NCBI GenBank assembly: GCA_951406725.2
Contig: OX597818.1
Coordinates: 45,198,001-45,262,000 of the forward strand
Direction: 5' to 3'
Source: Octopus vulgaris
Lineage: Eukaryota
DNA length: 64,000 nucleotides
Shown piece after piece: positions 13,995 through 27,762 of this stretch. The first letter of the stretch is position 1. Each line of letters opens with the position of its first letter. Under the pieces are notes generated by a model, which was not told the origin of the DNA, ran no database searches, and worked only from the letters and a program-made list of their open reading frames with translations. The translations under genes were made by a program, and so were the position numbers.

Positions 13995-14398
13995 ATCTTT
14001 TCACTTATTTCAGTCATTAGACTGCGGCCATGCTGGGGTACCGCCTTGGGAAATCTTTACTTGAATGTATCAACCCCAGTACTTATTTTTTAACAGCCTG
14101 ATGCTTATTCTATCGGTATCTGTTGCCGAGCTACTAAGTTACGGGGACATAAAGACTCCAGCACCGATTGTCAAGCGATGGTGCGGGGGACAAACACAGA
14201 CACAAAGACAGACACACACACATATATAAATATATACGACGGGCTTCTTTTAGTTTCCGTCTACTAAATCTACTCACAAGGCTTTGGTTGGCCCATGGTT
14301 ATAGAAGGTACTTACCTAAAGTACCACGCAGTGGGACTGAACCCCGAACCATGTAGTTCGGAAGTAAGTTTCTTACCACACAGCCACGCCTGCGCCTA
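13995..14398 (-). mobile_element. SINE family A, full length, diverged
   Basis: Colinear with 219-640. Confidence 0.85.
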
Positions 14399-15262
14399 TG
14401 TGGAAAAATTATTAAGAAAAATGGTGGCTATTTAGCTTTAAATTTCGTGTTACCGACGGTTTATTTTAACACTAAGATGAAAATTATTGTTCTTCAAGTA
14501 TTTAAATTTATTCGAAATCGGCGTGTATAGTGAATGCATTAAAATGACACTCTTTGCCATCAATTTATTTTAAACTATTTCCTTTCTTTCAAATTGATTA
14601 AAACATAAGGTAATGGTCAAAGAGAAGCCAAGATGCCACACTAAAAGACGAAATCTTTATCGTGGTCATTAAAAAGCGCTTTGATATATTCTTTGTGTTC
14701 GTACTAACAATAGAATATTGTATTATTGCAATTAAATAGACAAGGATGAGCAACGGCAACACATCAATATATGTAAAAACTGATTAAGCACTTGAAAGAT
14801 TTCGTGGTTGGGCACCAACGGAAATTGTTATCGCTGTCACCATTTCAGTCTAACATTGTTGTTACGTTGCATTGGAGAAGCGAGCCGGAGAAAATAGGCT
14901 AGATTTGTTGATCGTGAGGATAACCACGTTTTGATTTCAGAAGAGATTAGTAATCGCATTAGATCGATACACAACCATTACAGTTGAAGAGTGTAAGCTA
15001 ATTGTTCGAGATACAAGCTGAGATTGTCAGCTGCGAACTAATTCAAAGTATATGTCATAATACCGTTAGGTCTCTAACATACTCAGCCGAAGAACACACG
15101 AATATCTATTTTAACTAGAAAGATATCTCTAACTTTCAAATCCTAAATGCCAAAATATCCGTGTTTATTTTAATAATTATCGTAATTAATCTGAAAACAT
15201 TATCATTAACAGTTATGAAACGGAAATGCAAATATCACAGTAAATAAAGAATACATCAATAT

Positions 15263-15410
15263 AGATGCGGTTGTGCGGTAAGATGTTTGTTTCTCAGCTA
15301 CGTGGTTCTGGGTTCAATCCCACTGCGTGACACCTAAGGCAAGTGTCTTTAAATATAGCTTCGGACCGACTAAAGTGAATGTGGAAGGCGGAAAGAAGTC
15401 CGGCGTGTGA

Positions 15411-15453
<43 letters not shown>

Positions 15454-15600
15454 AGTCATTGTGTTTATGTTTGTCCCCCGCCACATGACAACCGGTATTG
15501 GTGTGTTTACGTCCCCTGTAACTTAGCGGTTCGGCTAAAATTCTCCAAGGCGGTAATCCAACATGGCCTCAGCCTAAGACTGAAGCATGTAAAAGATACA
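15263..15600 (+). mobile_element. SINE family A, diverged
   Basis: tRNA-like head, CORE-like motif, internal (TG)n. Confidence 0.75.
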
Positions 15601-15854
15601 TAGCGAATACTGACTTTTATGTTTTTCTTTCATTTATTTTTCTCAATGTAAATGGATAATTGCTAATGATTTGGGAATTTAAATGACGGCCAAACTAAAT
15701 GCTATACGTTTGATATGAGAAAGAAATAGCTATGTAATTCATAAATGCATTTCTCTCCCACCAACTGTGAAGTGTATAACATGAGTCTTAAAACAAGAAA
15801 TAACGTTTTGACGTCATTTAAGCTAAGCATTTGATTACAAGTTAGTAGTGGTTT

Positions 15855-16245
15855 CGAATTTTGGCACGAAGCCAATAATTTTAGAGGAAGGGGCTAAGTC
15901 GATCCTAGTGTTTAACTGGTACATATTTTATCGACTCCAACAGGATGAAAGGCAATGTCGACTTCGGCGCAATTTGAACTCAGTACGTGAAGATGGACAA
16001 AATGCTGCTGAGCATTTTGTCCGGCGTGCTAACGATTCTTTCAGCTCACTGCCTTTTTACGAATAAATGACCAAGTAAAGGCCGCACGCTGGCGAAATCA
16101 TTAGCACGCCAGGCAAAATGCTTTGCGGCATTTCGCCCGCCTTTCGGGGTTGATAAAATAAGTAGCAGTTGAACACTGGGGTCGATGTAATCGACTTACC
16201 CCATCTACTAAAATTGCTGGAATTTTGCCAAAATTTAAAACCAAT
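15855..16245. mobile_element. Two head-to-head diverged Nin-domain SINE copies
   Basis: Minus copy 15855-16055 and plus copy 16078-16245 (internally deleted). Confidence 0.7.
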
Positions 16246-16255
16246 ATTATTTTTT

Positions 16256-16458
16256 TTTATGCGCCCTTTTCAAGCCTAGCCAGGTGAAAGAGTACAACAA
16301 ATGGTGAAAGAGTACAACAGGGTTCACCACCACCCTCTGCCGGAGCCTCGTGGAGCTTTAGGTGTTTTCGCTCAATAAACACATACAACTGGGAATCGAA
16401 ACCGCGATCCTCCGACCGCGAGTCCGCTGCCCTAATCACTGGGCCATTGCGCCTCCAC
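16256..16458 (-). mobile_element. tRNA-Arg-like SINE family C
   Basis: Head GTGGAGGCGCAATGGCCCAGTGATTAGGGCAGCGGACTCGCGGTCGGAGGATCGCGGTTTCGATTCCC has A/B boxes; related copies at 30347-30602, 35003-35251 and 39321-39682. Confidence 0.8.
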
Positions 16459-17184
16459 AAAATCAATATTAATGACCAATTATTTGGTTAAAATCTAACA
16501 ATATTATGACATTCTCTTTATATCGGTTTGCAGCGAGCTAATATATTAAACAATTAGCTTTGCATTTTACTATAATACTCACGTATTGATCTGTTGAATT
16601 AATTTATAGCGACCAAAAGTCACACTCTGAAGTCTTTGAAAGAGGGAGTAGAGATTAGATAATGTTTAATTTTAGATACCTTAAAATATTATTAAAATAG
16701 CTAGATGGGCCCACAACCCGGCATAATCGAGGGAAGCCGTCATGAAATATGGCATATCTTGATTATTATTAGACCCAGAAGAGCCCATTCCTCTCCATAC
16801 CTGACCATATTCTATCTCTTCCACAGAGAAAGGGGAGAGAGAACGGAGAGTGAGAGAGAGTGAGAGAGAGTGGGAAGAGAGTCAAACAGAAAGAAAGAAA
16901 AAAAATTTCCCAGTATAGAAATGACAATATATTTATCGACTCCATAATAATCAAAAGCAAATTTCACCTCTGAGGTATTTGAACACAGAGTACAGAGAGC
17001 CGTAATGAAAACTGTACGGCAATTTATCCGATGCTCCAATGACTCAGTCGATTCGCTTGTCTGCAGTTAATCATCACGTAATCACGTAATCGACCAGAGT
17101 ATCAGATGTTGTTATACAACGCTGGTCACAATGCGCTTTGCGTCGTTTTAGTTTTTGAATGATACCACCCCGTTGGCTAGGCAA

Positions 17185-17437
17185 TTCAACCAATCACTGA
17201 CGTCCATTGAGTTAAAAAGCATTCTGTGCTGTATGAATATGTTCTTCGTTTAAGGAACATATTGGGTTTATTTACATTTGTGAAGAAAAAGAGATACCCT
17301 TCCCCCACCCCTAACCCTAACCTTAACTAACCCTAACCCTAAAAGGGATTGAAATGCAATAGATCGATTCTAGGGTCATAATTATGGGTGACAATTTCAT
17401 ATGACACCGCTAGAAAAAACTGCCGTTCAAACCGAAA
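17185..17437. mobile_element. Truncated copy of the telomeric-repeat MITE
   Basis: Matches the right half of 6672-7112, including (CCCTAA)n and most of the right TIR. Confidence 0.85.
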
Positions 17438-18527
17438 TAAATATGGGAATGGTAATCTCGACTGAAATTTGAACTCTGAATCTGACGGAAAACTGATTTT
17501 CTCATTTCATTATGTAAGGAAATTTGCACTAAATTTCGTAATAATTCCTTTTCTGAGATATTATAAGCGATCTCTTATGGAAGCTTTAGAAATGATGCAT
17601 GGCATAAACTGGTCAGGACTAACGATAGAAGCTTTCAAACAATGAAGTAAACCTAACACTTTCCATTGACTTTTAATAGTAGATATATGAAATCATTATC
17701 TGGCATTAACACAACGAACATTGCACAGACATTCTCTCTCTCTCTCTCTCTCTCTCTGTCTGTCTGTCTCTCTCTATCTCTGTCTCTGTCTCTCTCTCTG
17801 TCTCTCTGTCTCTCTCTCTATCTATCTATCTATCTCTGTCTCTGTCTCTCTGTCTCTCTCTCTCTGAGCCAAGCCCTTAACTTGTCGCTAGCAATCTTGA
17901 GAAAAGAATAAATGTCACAGTCTTATTCTTGTCCTCTATAAACGTGTATCATTGTAACTACTTTTTTTTTTAAAATCAATATTCATAGTGAACGGAGCAA
18001 TGAAGATATGTGAATGTATGTGTGTTTAAATTACCGAGACGTTTTATACCGATGGAATAATTAATATAATAAATATCAACGCTTTTTCAGCTCATTATCG
18101 ATTTTAATGATTTTATAAATTTCAAATTGAATATTGCTATCAGTAACTAGTATTTCTGAGCCAGTCTTCATAATTTGTATATGAAGTACAATTTGTCTTT
18201 ACAGCAGAAAATAGCACTTTTCTATTTTGCTTTTAATGTGAACGTTTACCTTAAAATGTCGCGGTGTACAAGTGCTTATCTTTATTCTCAGAGCAATAAG
18301 TGATTGAGAAACAGTTCTCTCACCCATTCTCGCACCCTTTCTCTCTCTTTAGATTTGATGCTAGTCTATCAATCTTTTATCCATAACAATGTTCGTTTTA
18401 ATTTTTAATGATCTACTTGTGCAATAATGCTAGTAAGTACAAATGTTTCCAGAATTAAAACATGCTTACGCAGACGTTTTGAGAACGTGTAAAACTGAAA
18501 ATTTTAATGTATTTTCGAAGTATTTGT

Positions 18528-18767
18528 GCAGACACGGCCATGAGGTTAAGCGGTTCTTTTTGCAAACCCGTGGCTTCAAATTCAGTCCTACTGGGTGGCA
18601 CCTTTGGCAAGTGTCTTCTACTATAGTCTTGGGCCAACCAATGCCTTGTAAGTGAATTTGGTGGACGGCAATTGTGTGGAAGGCCATCATATAGATAGAT
18701 AGATGGAAGCATATCGTACAGACCGACGAATAGATAGATAGATAGATAGACAGATAGACAGATAGAC

Positions 18768-18832
<65 letters not shown>

Positions 18833-18833
18833 T

Positions 18834-18907
<74 letters not shown>

Positions 18908-19110
18908 GCATCACTGTGTCGGCGTTTGTTCCCACCCAAAATGCTTGCCAATCCATATTGGTTTGTAATAATTTCTGTAACTTACAAAAGAGACCAAGAG
19001 AATAAGTGCCAAACTTTTAAAAAAAACCCACAAGTCCTGGGATCGATTTGTCCAATTAAAACCCTTCAAAACGGTTCCCCCAAAAGGTTGCAGTTCAATA
19101 GCTGAAACAT
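18528..19110 (+). mobile_element. SINE family A, diverged, with internal (GATA)n expansion
   Basis: Head, CORE-like motif and 3' half are recognisable around (GATA)n at 18730-18907. Confidence 0.75.
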
Positions 19111-19714
19111 ATAAAAAAATCATATACATCCTTTTCTGCTCTTGGCACAAGGCCCGAAATTTTGGGGTACGGGACCAGTCGATTAGATCGGCCCTAGCAC
19201 GCAACTGGTACTTAATTTATAGATCCCGAAAGGATGAAAGGCAAAGTCGACCTCGGCGGAATTAAAGAGATATATCAAGAGGTTACAGATTATTATTATA
19301 CAGCGATAGATATTGTGCTGTATAATACTGCATTTCTATATCTAGTTTAGGACCGATTGTACGAGCGATAGATCTAGCGAAGTCAATAGCTTTGAGCAGA
19401 AGACGTTTGGTGACAGATGTTTAGAAGTCTTGAATATTTTTTAGTCGGTGGATGGCTTTTAGCGTTTTATACAAACGGAGGAAGACAAATACTCTGAACT
19501 TTGGTATAATTTTATCTAATAACGGTAATAGCATAAAGCATATATATACTTGCATATAACATAGATGCAGTGTGATACAGAAGCTCGCTTTACAACCAAT
19601 TTGTTTCGGGTTCAGTCCTACAGCACAGCACCTTTGATTAAGTGTCTTCCACTATAGCCCCGGGCCGACCAATGTCTTGTGAGTGGACTTGATAGACAGA
19701 AACTGTGTGAAAGC

Positions 19715-19772
<58 letters not shown>

Positions 19773-19873
19773 ATAAAAATGGTAAGACAACAAAAGAATG
19801 AAAGAGACCTCGATATTATGTAAATAGAGGAATTTATCTGTAATGTAATACGTGACAATTATTCGGTAGCCTT

Positions 19874-19934
19874 GATAAAACTCCGAGTTTCGGATGCCGA
19901 GGTGAAAGTCCACGCTGCCATCTCTTCAGTTATC
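19874..19934 (-). ncRNA. Type I hammerhead ribozyme motif
   Basis: Reverse complement reads GATAA CTGAAGA GATG...CATC C GAAAC TCGGA GTT TTATC. Confidence 0.72.
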
Positions 19935-19943
19935 CAGCCATCG

Positions 19944-20004
19944 GATAACTGAAGAGATAGCGGCGTAGATTTCCACCTCGGCATCCGAAACTCGGAGTTT
20001 TATC
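19944..20004 (+). ncRNA. Type I hammerhead ribozyme motif
   Basis: GATAA CTGAAGA GAT...ATC C GAAAC TCGGA GTT TTATC; stem I is a perfect 5 bp. Confidence 0.7.
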
Positions 20005-20043
20005 ATAGTTACCGAATAATTGTCACATATTACAATACAGTTA

Positions 20044-20130
<87 letters not shown>

Positions 20131-20995
20131 GTACTGAGATCGATTCGTTCGACTAACATTCCTCAAGGCGGTGCTGCAGCATGGCCGCAGTCTAATGGCT
20201 CAAACAAGTAAAAGATATAGAAACAACCATTTAATTAAGAACTCCCTACAAGATCGTACAGACTGGCTCTACATGTTAGTGCAGGCATTCAAATTAACAT
20301 AAAGCAATTTGCACGTGCATATGGGTGTGTATGAAAATAAAATAAATATACGTCTTCTAGGAGAATAAAGAAATAATCAGTTTAAATAAAATGAATATAT
20401 AAAAAGAAACTCAACATCGTATAAATATAGGTTTGGATGAGCATCAAGTGTTGATCCCTGACTGGCAATTGGGGCGTAATATTCTACATGACCAGAAATT
20501 TAAGATTATGCTTGAGGTTATTGCCGCTGTATCGTAATATACCACAAAGATCGAGATGCCAAGCCTAAACAAATAATACATGCGTAGTTATACACCAGGT
20601 GTGACATTAGTAACGTATCATTTAAGCACTAATTTCATGTTAAACGTTGTCTCCGTTATGGAACGCCTTATATAACTGGCTTCGAGTAGAAAATAAATCG
20701 GTAAACAACTACACGAAACGGTATTATTTTGGCACTTTGCATAATGCAATCACATGTTCGTCAATAACAGCAGCACGTGTGCGCACACACGTCGTTGCAC
20801 ACCTGATCGAAAGTACAATGCATGCAACAAAGTCAAAACCGCGATACGTGAATAGAAAATATCGAATATTAAAGTTATATTTCTGAGGAATCTTATTCAA
20901 ATAAGATTAGTGCACGTGGCTGTGTGGTTTAAGAGTTACTTTTGCAACAGGGTTCTGAGTTCGATCCAACAGAACGGCACCATGGAAAAGACTCC

Positions 20996-21049
<54 letters not shown>

Positions 21050-21122
21050 TCCAACCTCGCAGTGACCAATGTCTTGCAAATGGTATTTGGTAGACGGACA
21101 CCCGAGGGAGCCCATCGTGTAA

Positions 21123-21156
<34 letters not shown>

Positions 21157-21162
21157 ATGTAT

Positions 21163-21363
21163 AGTCAATCCAAACATGAACAAGTAAGAAAAAACAACAA
21201 CGCGAGGACGTGGAATAAGTACAGTGTTATTGGATGCTCGGAAAAGGAAAGAAAAGAAAGAGGATTTCACGTTTCGAGCGGAGCTCTTCATCAGAAATAC
21301 AGAAAAGGTCCGAAGAAGGGAAGACGGAGAAAGAAAATCGCCAACGATACACACGTGATCACA
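21163..21363 (-). mobile_element. Penelope-like pLTR with hammerhead motif (21264-21298)
   Basis: Reverse complement reads ATTT CTGATGA A GAGC tcc GCTC GAAAC GTG AAAT; the cleavage triplet is GUG in this copy. Same family as 5695-5902. Confidence 0.68.
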
Positions 21364-21377
21364 TTTATATATATATA

Positions 21378-22663
21378 TTGAGTCATCCCAGAAATAATGT
21401 GGGGTTTTCAATTGCATGAACTAAAAGTCGGAGGGGGACGGGATAAATTACCCCCAACTTGCTCTAAACGTAGGTAGTAATTTTTCCTTGGGCTTATTTT
21501 TAATGCAAGTTTTGAAGAGTGCAGTTCGATTTTAACAGTTATTTTTTCAAAGCTATAATAGAAACGATAAAGGAGCATATTGGGCATATTTTGCTGAGTT
21601 CAATAAAGGCAACAACACAAAGGAAAGTGCAAGGAATATTAAGGCAATACACGGGGATCGGACAATAAGCGTGAGCCAGTGTCAACGGTGGTTCCAGAAA
21701 TTCTGAGCCGGAAACTACAGCCTAGAAGACGAGCCTCATCCCGGAAGATCTGTAGAGCTCGACGAGGACGTCCTGAAAACCCTGGTGGAACAAAATCTCA
21801 TCGTAACTGTTCAGGAACTAGCAGACAAGCTTGGTATTGGTCATTCAACAATTCATCGACACCTGCGTGCCATCCGAAAAGTCAACAAATTCGGTCAATG
21901 GGTTGCTCGCAAACTTTCCATGTCTAATCGCGCACAGACAGTGAATTTGTGCTCTTCTTTGTTGTCACATCTCACAAATGGACCATTTTTGGACCGAATA
22001 GTGACTGGTGACGAGAAATGGGTTCTCTATAAAAAAAGTCAAGCGCCGAAGACAGTGGGTAGGGAAAGGAGAAACACCAGCAACCCAGGCTAAAGAAGGG
22101 TTTAACCCACGTAGGATGTTGTTATCTGTTTGATGGGATATGAAATATTTAGTCCACTTTGAACTTTTAAACCCAAACTAAGCGATAACAAAAAAGAGAT
22201 CTACTGTGAGCAGCCTGAGCAGCTGAAGTCAGTGACGGAGGAAGAAAAATGACCATCTTTGGTTTCAAGACGAAAGGTGTTCTTCCATCAAAATAATGCT
22301 CGGCCACATACAACAAGGATGACATTCCAAAGGCTGGAGCAGTTTGAATGGGAAACGGTGCTCCATCCACCATATTCGTCAGACATTGCCATATCTAATT
22401 ATCATATACTACGCAGTTTTCAAAATTATTTGGACGGAAAAAAATTGAATACTGTACACGAGGTCAGAACAGTACTGGAGGAGTATTTTCCGTCACGGAC
22501 GAGTGAATTTTGGAAGAGGGGATTTGCAAGTCTACTAGATAAATGGAAGAGCATTGTAGAAAATGAAGGCGAGTATATTTTAGATCAAAAAGTACTTTGT
22601 TTATCTTAATTTTGAAAAATAAAAGAAGTATAAAAAAACTGCATTATTTATGGGATGACCCAT
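21378..22663 (+). mobile_element. Full-length mariner DNA transposon (about 1.29 kb), decayed
   Basis: TIRs TTGAGTCATCCCAGAAATAATG / CATTATTTATGGGATGACCCAT, inserted at a TA run; encloses a transposase relic. Confidence 0.93.
21558..22609 (+). pseudogene. Mariner DD34D-type transposase pseudogene
   Basis: Fragments WFQKF..GNYSLED, GQWVARKL (WVPHEL), IVTGDEKWVLY, HQNNARPHT (HDNARPH) and HPPYSSDIAISNY (YSPDLAPSDY), with several frameshifts and stops. Confidence 0.93.
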
Positions 22664-23813
22664 AAATATAATGGATGAGGTAGCCCAAAAGGTGAACGTA
22701 CTTTAATCGGCATACTAATAGACATATACCCAAAGTCCGAATAGTAACATATATAAATGTATGTGTGTGTGTGTGTGTGCGAGTATATAGATTGGTAAAA
22801 TATACCCCAGACTTAAATAAGTAGCGATGTCGATACGCTAAAAAAAAAACTCTTAGAAAGCGGAGCCCATAATAAGTACAATCCACTGATTGAAACCAGT
22901 AAGAACAAATTTGATCGACTTCAGAAGCACTTTGTACTATTTACATTCTGTTTTACAAATCTCACTCGATAAATCTCTATGTTTGTGAAGGGCGTGGTTA
23001 TACACGTATGTTTATGATTAAAACTCTTCATCATAGAATTCAATCATTCACTATCAAAATTAACAAGATTTGAGCCAGAACAGTTAGAGGTGTCTATGAT
23101 AATGTGAGTTGATATGTACATATGTAAGTAAATGTGAGGATATACTTGCCATTACATAATTTTTGTACATGGTATTTTAATGCTCAGGAACTTGTAATTA
23201 CTCTTTATGCTTGTACGTGTGTGTATGCCACATGTACATGTGATTGTATTTATTTATTTTCCTAAGAAACTCACATAAAAAAAATCTTTGGAATATTTTA
23301 CTTATCTTTACAGCGCCATTTATCGATTGCATCCGGAAAATACGGATCAGTTTGCTTTGCTCGTACTTGGTAAACATTCCAGCATATTCAGGATTTTGCG
23401 CACCTGTTTATTCTGCTGTATTCTGTTCTTGAATTGTGAAGTCGTATCCTTCTCGAAGAGATCACAGGTCCACCATGATTAGTGCCTCTTTGCATGCAGA
23501 ATGTACCAATTCATAAACTTCTGCTTGTATGTTTAGTGTTTCTCATCAAGTTTTTGTTAGAATAGGTAAATTCAACTATGTTTCAGTGACATGAAATAAG
23601 ATATACTCAAATAACTACTCAGCAATTTTTCACCTTTTCTTAAAATCCAGAAGTCATAATAAAATGTTATGGCTCGTTTATACACTCGTTTATCATGTAG
23701 GATATATTTTCAATGTAAAATTTCACAGAATCCGCAGTCATATCAAAGTATTCATGAATCCTATTTATGTAATAAATATTTTGTTATATCCTGCTCCTGG
23801 ATTGTATAACATA

Positions 23814-24208
23814 CTAGCAGTATCGCCCGGCGTTGCTCGGATTTGTAAGGGAAATAACTATATAAGCATTTTTAGAGAGTTATAGCCAAAAAATAGCAAA
23901 AAAAATGCATTCAAAATGGAAAAAAATGATGGTAATTTTTTTTTAAATCGTTGACTCATCGTAGACATTTTTAGAGAGTTACTTCCCTCATATAATAGCG
24001 AAAACAAATGCATTAAAATGGAAAAAATGATGGTAAATTTTTTTTTTAAATCGTAGACTCATCGTAGACGCGCGCTAATACCCAGAAGGGCTCGATATGA
24101 ATCCCGACTATAAGATACCCGCTTTTGGTTAAACTGCACCGCAAAATGTGGGAGTAGTTAGGAATCTAAATCGTAGGAGACAGACACACAACCTTACTTT
24201 TATATATA
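23814..24208 (-). mobile_element. Non-autonomous Helitron (3' end shared with 8056-8452)
   Basis: Reverse complement ends CCGAGCAACGCCGGGCGATACTGCTAG|T; internal dimer of about 100 bp. Confidence 0.75.
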
Positions 24209-24222
24209 ACATATATACTCTT

Positions 24223-24452
24223 CGGCGAGCTGGCAGAAACGTTAGCACGCCGGGCGAAATGCTTAGCAGTATTTCGTCTGCCGCTACGTTCTGAGTTCAA
24301 ATTTCGCCGAGGTCAACTTTGCCTTTCATCCTTTCGGGGTCGATTAAATAAGTACTAGTAACGCACTGGGGTCGCTATAATCGACTTAATCCGTTTGTCT
24401 GTCCTTGTTTGTCCTCTCTGTGTTTAGCCCCTTGTGGGTAGTAAAGAAATAG
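24223..24452 (+). mobile_element. Nin-domain SINE family B, monomer
   Basis: Head GGCGAGCTGGCAGAAACGTTAG, Nin core, tail AAAGAAATAGG; TATAACATATA on both sides. Confidence 0.9.
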
Positions 24453-25415
24453 GTATAACATATACACCCTTCGTTAGTCAACGATTATCTACATTATCGC
24501 TATTACTACCATGCTGAAGTTTTCTGACGACGTAGCAATGCATGTTCGTGCGTCACATTTATGACCATCAAGTTTGTTCAAGACGGTAAGTATTAACCTA
24601 CGTATCAGTCATTCAAATTTGGCTGGTAAGCACACACCATAGCCGTCACGATTATGAGGGTATGACCGGTAGTACCATGCTTTCGCTAATCATTTAAGGT
24701 ACCTAGGTAAACGCGAGCAGACGGACACATTCTTGGCTTTCCCACTTCCTTGATCCATCGGAATATCGAGGATGTGAAAGATAGAGAAAGAGAGGACTGC
24801 ACCAGTACTCGTCTGGCACTCATTTTCAGCTACCGAGACTGCAGCAACGTAAAATGAAGTACTTTGCATTAAGTCACAATGTGACGCCTGATCCCGGGCC
24901 TTAATATCATAAGCTTAATACATTAACCATGAGGAAAGTGCCTTCATTTGATAAACGTGTTCAAAAAATATAACCTCCGAACACTTTCATCTGTGACACA
25001 AGAGTGACTGAGGAAAGCGTTTAAGTAACTACTTTGTTCGTTTGTGACTAGCATGATCACTGAACATGTTCGACAGTAAGATAAATGCGACTTAATTTCG
25101 TTGGTAACACAGGGGTAGCTGATGAAAACGTTTCTTTGTGATATGTAAATGACTCTTAACTCGTTCTTCGCTGACTTGTTGAATATATTCAGCAATTAGA
25201 TTAATGCGACAAAAATCAATATTTTTGTAACTCTTGATGTAAAACTCAGGTCGGCTCTGATTGAGCAGACTTATACCCTATTGCTTGGTAGTCGAAGTGA
25301 TACTAGCTTGCAGTGATTCTTATACGTAGCGATCTAGATAAACATGCTCCGGCTGATAGTCAGAACGTTCTGTGTTTCCTCCTCTACCCATTCTGCTCCT
25401 ATATTTCTGTATATT

Positions 25416-25649
25416 AAGGCGGCGAGTTGGCAGAATCGTTAGCACGCCGGGCGAAATGCGTAACCGTATTTCGTCTGCCGCTACGTTCTGAGTTCAAATT
25501 CCGCCGAGGTCGACTTTGCCTTTCCTCCTTTCGGGGGTCGATAAATAAAGTACCAGTTACGCACTGGGGTCGATGTAATCGACTTAATCCGTTTGTCTGT
25601 CTTTGTCTGTCCCCTCTATGTTTAGCCCCTTGTGGGTAATAAAGAAACA
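25416..25649 (+). mobile_element. Nin-domain SINE family B, monomer with 16-bp TSD
   Basis: TSD TATATTTCTGTATATT at 25400-25415 and 25650-25665. Confidence 0.93.
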
Positions 25650-26181
25650 TATATTTCTGTATATTTTGGTGTGGTGACTCCAGTTGCTGCTCCGCATTTA
25701 AATATGGCCTCCTGCATTCCAATAACGCGTTACGTTGAACGACCTCAAGTCTGTTACAAAGACTGGTATATGGTACAGAAACCAAATTATTCTGTTATGA
25801 TGTTTACTCTTTTGAAACAGTCTGCTGGACATGAAAATAAGTGCTCGTTCGGTTTATCTCGCAAATTGTAGTCTGGGCAATCAGCAGTAATATGGTATAG
25901 GTTTAATTTTGTACAAGTGCCCAGTTTTAATTTCGATGAAGATATTGCAGTCTTGTTGGTTAAGGTGTATCTTTTGTTTTTCTTTTTGTTTGTTTTTTTG
26001 TTTTGTTTTGTTATAGTTCTTAGATTCTTTTGATGTGAATTTTTTTCTTTTATGCAACCACTTGATAGCTGATATTACACCTGCAAAGATGTTAGTTATA
26101 TTACTCATTTCTGCAAGTAACTGCTTGGGTTGTTCTCGTTCTCGGATAATTCATTGGCTGCTGTCTACTTTTTCACTTCAG

Positions 26182-26234
<53 letters not shown>

Positions 26235-27177
26235 CACACACACACACAAACACATATAAATAATATAATATATACATATATACACCTGTATGCAATACTT
26301 TTTCTCTTTTTGATCTACGTTACGTTGCTGATTTTTGTTCATAAATTCTTATAGCACTTGATATTTTTAACTGAATTTTACTGTTCAGATTTTCGTTGCT
26401 AGTTACGGTTGAACAGCTGTCTGTCAAAATTACTAGTAGCTTTAAAACTACGATGGTTGTTGTAAAGCTAATCGATGGCAGTTTCTTTTGCTAATAGCCC
26501 GACATAAAAATATATATAAGCCGATATTGGTTTTTTTTACAATTTTCACTTACTGTCGAGATTTTTTTTTTGTTTTTTTTTTTTGTCGTTTCTTTCTTTG
26601 ACGATGATTCCTGACCCTCCTTCTCTATAACCTTCAATATCCGAACCAACTGTACCAATTGAGATATCGACCATTTCAAACCGTTTAGTCTGTCAGTGAG
26701 ATTGTTTATGATGATATCAGATTTCATTTTGTCTGCAGAAATGTTGTCGATTAAACTACTCTATGTTTTTGTTCAAGATTCCAGAATGTCGGTGCGAAAT
26801 TTCTTTTATTCTCGATATTGACCAGTTTATCAACGATGTTTTCAAATATTCTGTTGCCAAGGGAATATTTGTGGCTTTCTTTTCGGATCGAGTGTCTGTC
26901 GTTTACTCTAACACTTATCTCGTAAGCAACGCTGGTACGTCGGTCGGTGTTAGCTTTAACTTTAGTTGCAAACGTTTGAAGATTCGCCATTGTTCATACG
27001 ACTCCTTCGGACATGTTGCTGGAAAACTTAATATTTTTTTATATATACTTATTCTTCTTGATATTATTGTCTTGCATTTTTGTTTCTCTTTTCATCTTGG
27101 AGATTGGAGGTGGTGTTATGGAGGTGGATCATATATCTTATATATCATATATATCTTATATATCTTATATCTCATAT

Positions 27178-27505
27178 ATCATAAACGGAAAGGGTAACCT
27201 CTCGAAAGAGCTGTTCTTCACTCATGCTCCAGAGCGTCGGCTGCGGGGTCACTCCGAAAAGCTTTATCTGCGACGATTTCATTTCAATCGAAGGAGAGGG
27301 GCTTTCTCCGTCCGGGTTGCAGATCCGTGGAATAAGCTGCCGGACAAGATAGTGAAGATGCCGACGACCGCTCGGTTCAAAGTCTCTCTAGACCAGAAAT
27401 GGCCTGACCTCTTTGCATGAACACCCTCCCTGTACATAACTCCATGTCCCCATACATGGCCTTGCTTTTTGCTTTTTGAGCCACAAAATTAACTTAACTT
27501 AACTT
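27178..27505 (+). mobile_element. CR1-clade LINE 3' fragment
   Basis: ORF2 C-terminus RLRGHSEKL...RRGAFSVRVADPWNKLPDKIV...ARFKVSLD, stop at 27420, short 3' UTR, (AACTT)n tail. Confidence 0.85.
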
Positions 27506-27762
27506 ATCTTGATAATGTTGCAAGGAAATTATGCTGATGGTGGTGGTATGTACAGTAACAGTCTGTTACTTCAGGCGGTATTGACTTAAGTTTTGTAACA
27601 TAATATGTGATTTTGAAAACGTTGTCGCTTAGCTGCAGTTCAATACTAATCAAGCAGATCTACGATTAACGATATTCCAAATGTGATTACCTAATCTTTT
27701 TATAGGTCTCTGGGATTATATTACCTAATGTGTCCTTCCTGCTTTTAAGGAGATAGGGTATT

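Larger units (their letters stand above)
19771..20040. mobile_element. Penelope-like pLTR hairpin (19838-20040) with two divergent hammerheads, inserted in the (TA)n of a family A SINE
   Basis: About 98-bp arms; host SINE 5' part at 19562-19717 and 3' remnant at 20128-20218. Confidence 0.75.

Noticed and set aside
24944-25195. ORF with NVFISY and NAFLSHS resembling a TIR-domain first strand
   Set aside because: It is only a short degenerate dimer with about 108-bp spacing; no further TIR motifs or splice signals.
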